From assembly GCA_964016885.1 (NCBI GenBank), contig OZ024741.1, forward strand, positions 150,102,001 to 150,166,000: a stretch of 64,000 bases of DNA. The letters run 5' to 3'. Positions 61,442 through 64,000 of the stretch are shown here, one piece after another (within the stretch, counting starts at the first letter, position 1; every line of letters begins with the position of its first letter). This stretch comes from Eledone cirrhosa. Taxonomy: Eukaryota. The notes under the pieces were generated by a model that was not told the DNA's origin, ran no database searches, and saw only the letters and a list, made by a program, of their open reading frames with translations. A program made the translations under genes and the position numbers.

Positions 61442-63166
61442 TTCGACGTTACAATGGGTTCGAGCGATTCGGCCCAGGTTACTGATCTTGTTGGGTTGTT
61501 CCTCCTTAATGAACTATACGCTACCTTCCCGCACCTTGTAGGCGGACTATATCGTGATGATGCATTGTTTATAATTAACTCTAGTACCAACAATGTAGAA
61601 CGTAATAAGAAGAAGCTTTATAAGTTTTTTAATAGCTACAACCTTTCAATCACGATAGATAGAAATGATAGAGCGGTTAACTTTTTAGATGTGACTTTGG
61701 ACTTGGCCACTAATAGTTTTAAACCCTTCCATAAGCCTAATGAAATTCTTTCTTATGTTAGCCCCAATTCTAACCACCCTAAGTCTATGATAAACTCTAT
61801 AATTAAGGGCGTTTCTAATAGGATTTCCACACTATCTAAGGACATAGGAACTTTTAATGAACATGCGGAGTACTACAATAACGCCCTAGCAAATTCAGGT
61901 CACTCTAGTAAAATAAATTATAATAATAGTAACTTTAGAAAGTCTCCGCTTACTCTTAATAATAATAACATTATATCACATAACATGGCTATGAATGGGA
62001 GTAGCAAACTTAGTAACCGTAGAACTTATATAGGAGTATCTGAACCCACCCATAAGTTATCCCACCGGACTCGTAATAACAAATATAATACCTCTAAGAG
62101 ACAAGTCGAGCCTCCTGTGCGCTCACGCATTGGTGTTGGTTTGGCTGGATCTTATTCTAGTAATGTTGCTCCTACTGATCCTATCATTGGCCTTAATCCT
62201 CTTGTAGGGATTCTGGACAACAGCGGATCTACTAAAGGTAGAAACTATAATAGGCATAACGAAATTATGGCTGATTCTATGAATGTGGCTTCAACTATTC
62301 CCGATAGTAACCCTAGTCTCGACGGTGGGACATTTGATAGAGGTAGGGTCGATAAGAATAAAAATAAAAATAGAAGGCGATTGAATACTTATTTCAACCC
62401 GCCATATAATCAGGATGTATCAACTAATATCCCTAGGTCTTTCTTCACTATCCTGGAGAAAAATTTCCCCCCTTCTCACAAATACCATGGTATTTTTAAT
62501 AAAAATGTTATTAAACTCTCATTCTCTACCACCCCTAATATTAGTTCTCATTTAGCTAGCACTAATAATAGGAAAATTAGGGATGGATTCTCCTCTCTAC
62601 ATACTACTAGTCTGAATGCATCGGACAATGCTTTACCACCAGAACAGTCCTTATCTAATAGAGGTCCTACGTGCAATACATCACCACTCGAGCCAACCAA
62701 TAACACCCGGAAGTGCAATTGTAGAGTGAGTGCTAACTGCCCTCTAAACGGTAACTGCCTTTCTAAGAACATTGTCTATGCTTGCGAGGTTATAACTAAT
62801 TCCTCTAAAAGAACGTATATAGGATCTACTTCAAACACTTTTAAGACTAGGTTTAACTCTCATATCTCTAACTTCAAACATGTTAGGTTTAAGAATTCTA
62901 CCTCTCTAGCGCATTATATCTGGGATCTTAAGGGAGCTTATATACCATATAGCCTTAACTGGAGTTTAGTAGCACGATCTAACCACCTTTCTGCACATAG
63001 TAAGTTTCGTAATCTCTGTATACTTGAGACACACTCTATTATTTTCTCTAGCGTACCCTTACTGAATAGAAAGTCTGAGATATTCTCTTCTTGCCCCCAT
63101 GCCATTTCTAATTCTTACTTTTATTATAAACCCAAATGTTCTAGTAGTACAAATCGTACCCATTAG
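61442..63166 (+). CDS. 5'-truncated Penelope-like element ORF (YRDD-type RT C-terminal half + GIY-YIG)
   Basis: FDVTMGS.D.A...DLVG, GLYRDD, VNFLDVTLD, SNHP, FNPPY, CNC...CPLNGNC, IVYACEV...TYIGST, FKTRFNSH, LNRKSE..SCPH. Confidence 0.9.
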   Translation, partial: FDVTMGSSDSAQVTDLVGLFLLNELYATFPHLVGGLYRDDALFIINSSTNNVERNKKKLYKFFNSYNLSITIDRNDRAVNFLDVTLDLATNSFKPFHKPNEILSYVSPNSNHPKSMINSIIKGVSNRISTLSKDIGTFNEHAEYYNNALANSGHSSKINYNNSNFRKSPLTLNNNNIISHNMAMNGSSKLSNRRTYIGVSEPTHKLSHRTRNNKYNTSKRQVEPPVRSRIGVGLAGSYSSNVAPTDPIIGLNPLVGILDNSGSTKGRNYNRHNEIMADSMNVASTIPDSNPSLDGGTFDRGRVDKNKNKNRRRLNTYFNPPYNQDVSTNIPRSFFTILEKNFPPSHKYHGIFNKNVIKLSFSTTPNISSHLASTNNRKIRDGFSSLHTTSLNASDNALPPEQSLSNRGPTCNTSPLEPTNNTRKCNCRVSANCPLNGNCLSKNIVYACEVITNSSKRTYIGSTSNTFKTRFNSHISNFKHVRFKNSTSLAHYIWDLKGAYIPYSLNWSLVARSNHLSAHSKFRNLCILETHSIIFSSVPLLNRKSEIFSSCPHAISNSYFYYKPKCSSSTNRTH

Positions 63167-64000
63167 CAGATATATTCCATTACTTAGTTTTTTGTTTGGG
63201 TTCTTTTGTTTGCCAACACTAATGTTATCATTGGTTTTTGATGACTCTTCATTCTAGCTCTCATAATCATTTGGCCACTGTACCATATCTATGTCTTCAC
63301 TATTACACCTTGTTAGTATACATAAGATTACACACGTTATTATCTTTATATATTCTTTTATTATCATTAACTTTAATTTTAATTTTAACATTATTTTTAT
63401 TTTTATTTTTAATCCTATTTTTATTTCTAAGTCTATTCTGATTTATCTATCGACCCCCCCCCCCTTCTTCCCCCCATGCACACATAAACTTATTGTCAAC
63501 CCCTCCAGATTAAATATGATTATATTAACCCCCCCTCTTTTATGCTCTGTTCTATTATTTATTATAGTATATCGAATATATTTTATGCCACTTCGCACCC
63601 TCCATATATTTTGTCAATTCTGTCCCCATTAGCCTACCTTAACTCTACTTAAGTCAGTTTTTTAGATATCGTTGCGTATATGATAGTGTAATTTTATTCC
63701 TTTTTGTAAACATTTGTAACGATACATTAAAGTTTATATACTTTAATGACTTAGACTATAGCTAATTTTATACTACCTTATCGGATGGGTTTGATATTTT
63801 TAATATTAATTTATCAGATAGGGTTTGGAGTCATTTAAAATGATCGCTTTCCTTGGTGTTTACCAAATTTCTTAATGCACGCGAGGCCTAAATGTGTATA
63901 CATTTGCTTTGTTTTGTAATTTCCGGTTGATTGTATTTATTTGTTTTATCCTATATTCTATTTACTATTCACTGTCTGGCTTCGCTCACTCATCCACACA

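Overview
Repeat-dominated animal genomic DNA. The extreme (TA)n/(CA)n/(GATA)n content and the SINE consensus suggest an octopus or other coleoid cephalopod (inference). No host gene is securely identifiable. The best candidate is a ~3 kb minus-strand Thr/Pro/Ser (mucin-like) open frame at 23049-26027. Transposable elements fill most of the window: two Penelope-like elements (RT + GIY-YIG), one full-length but frameshifted Helitron plus non-autonomous Helitrons, two tandem R4/Dong-type REL-endonuclease LINE copies bounded by (TACA)n, three divergent full-length Tx1/L1-type LINEs head-to-tail and each bounded by (ATCT)n, tRNA-derived SINEs and two MITEs. About ten type I hammerhead ribozyme motifs with largely unrelated flanking sequence were found by eye, many in short modules or long palindromes between (TA)n tracts. 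The most striking signals are the apparent microsatellite-specific LINEs (Tx1 in GATA repeats next to R4 in TACA repeats), the hammerhead/retrozyme-like modules, and palindromic CTAG|TC Helitron end junctions. All calls come from manual reading; no searches or folding programs were run.
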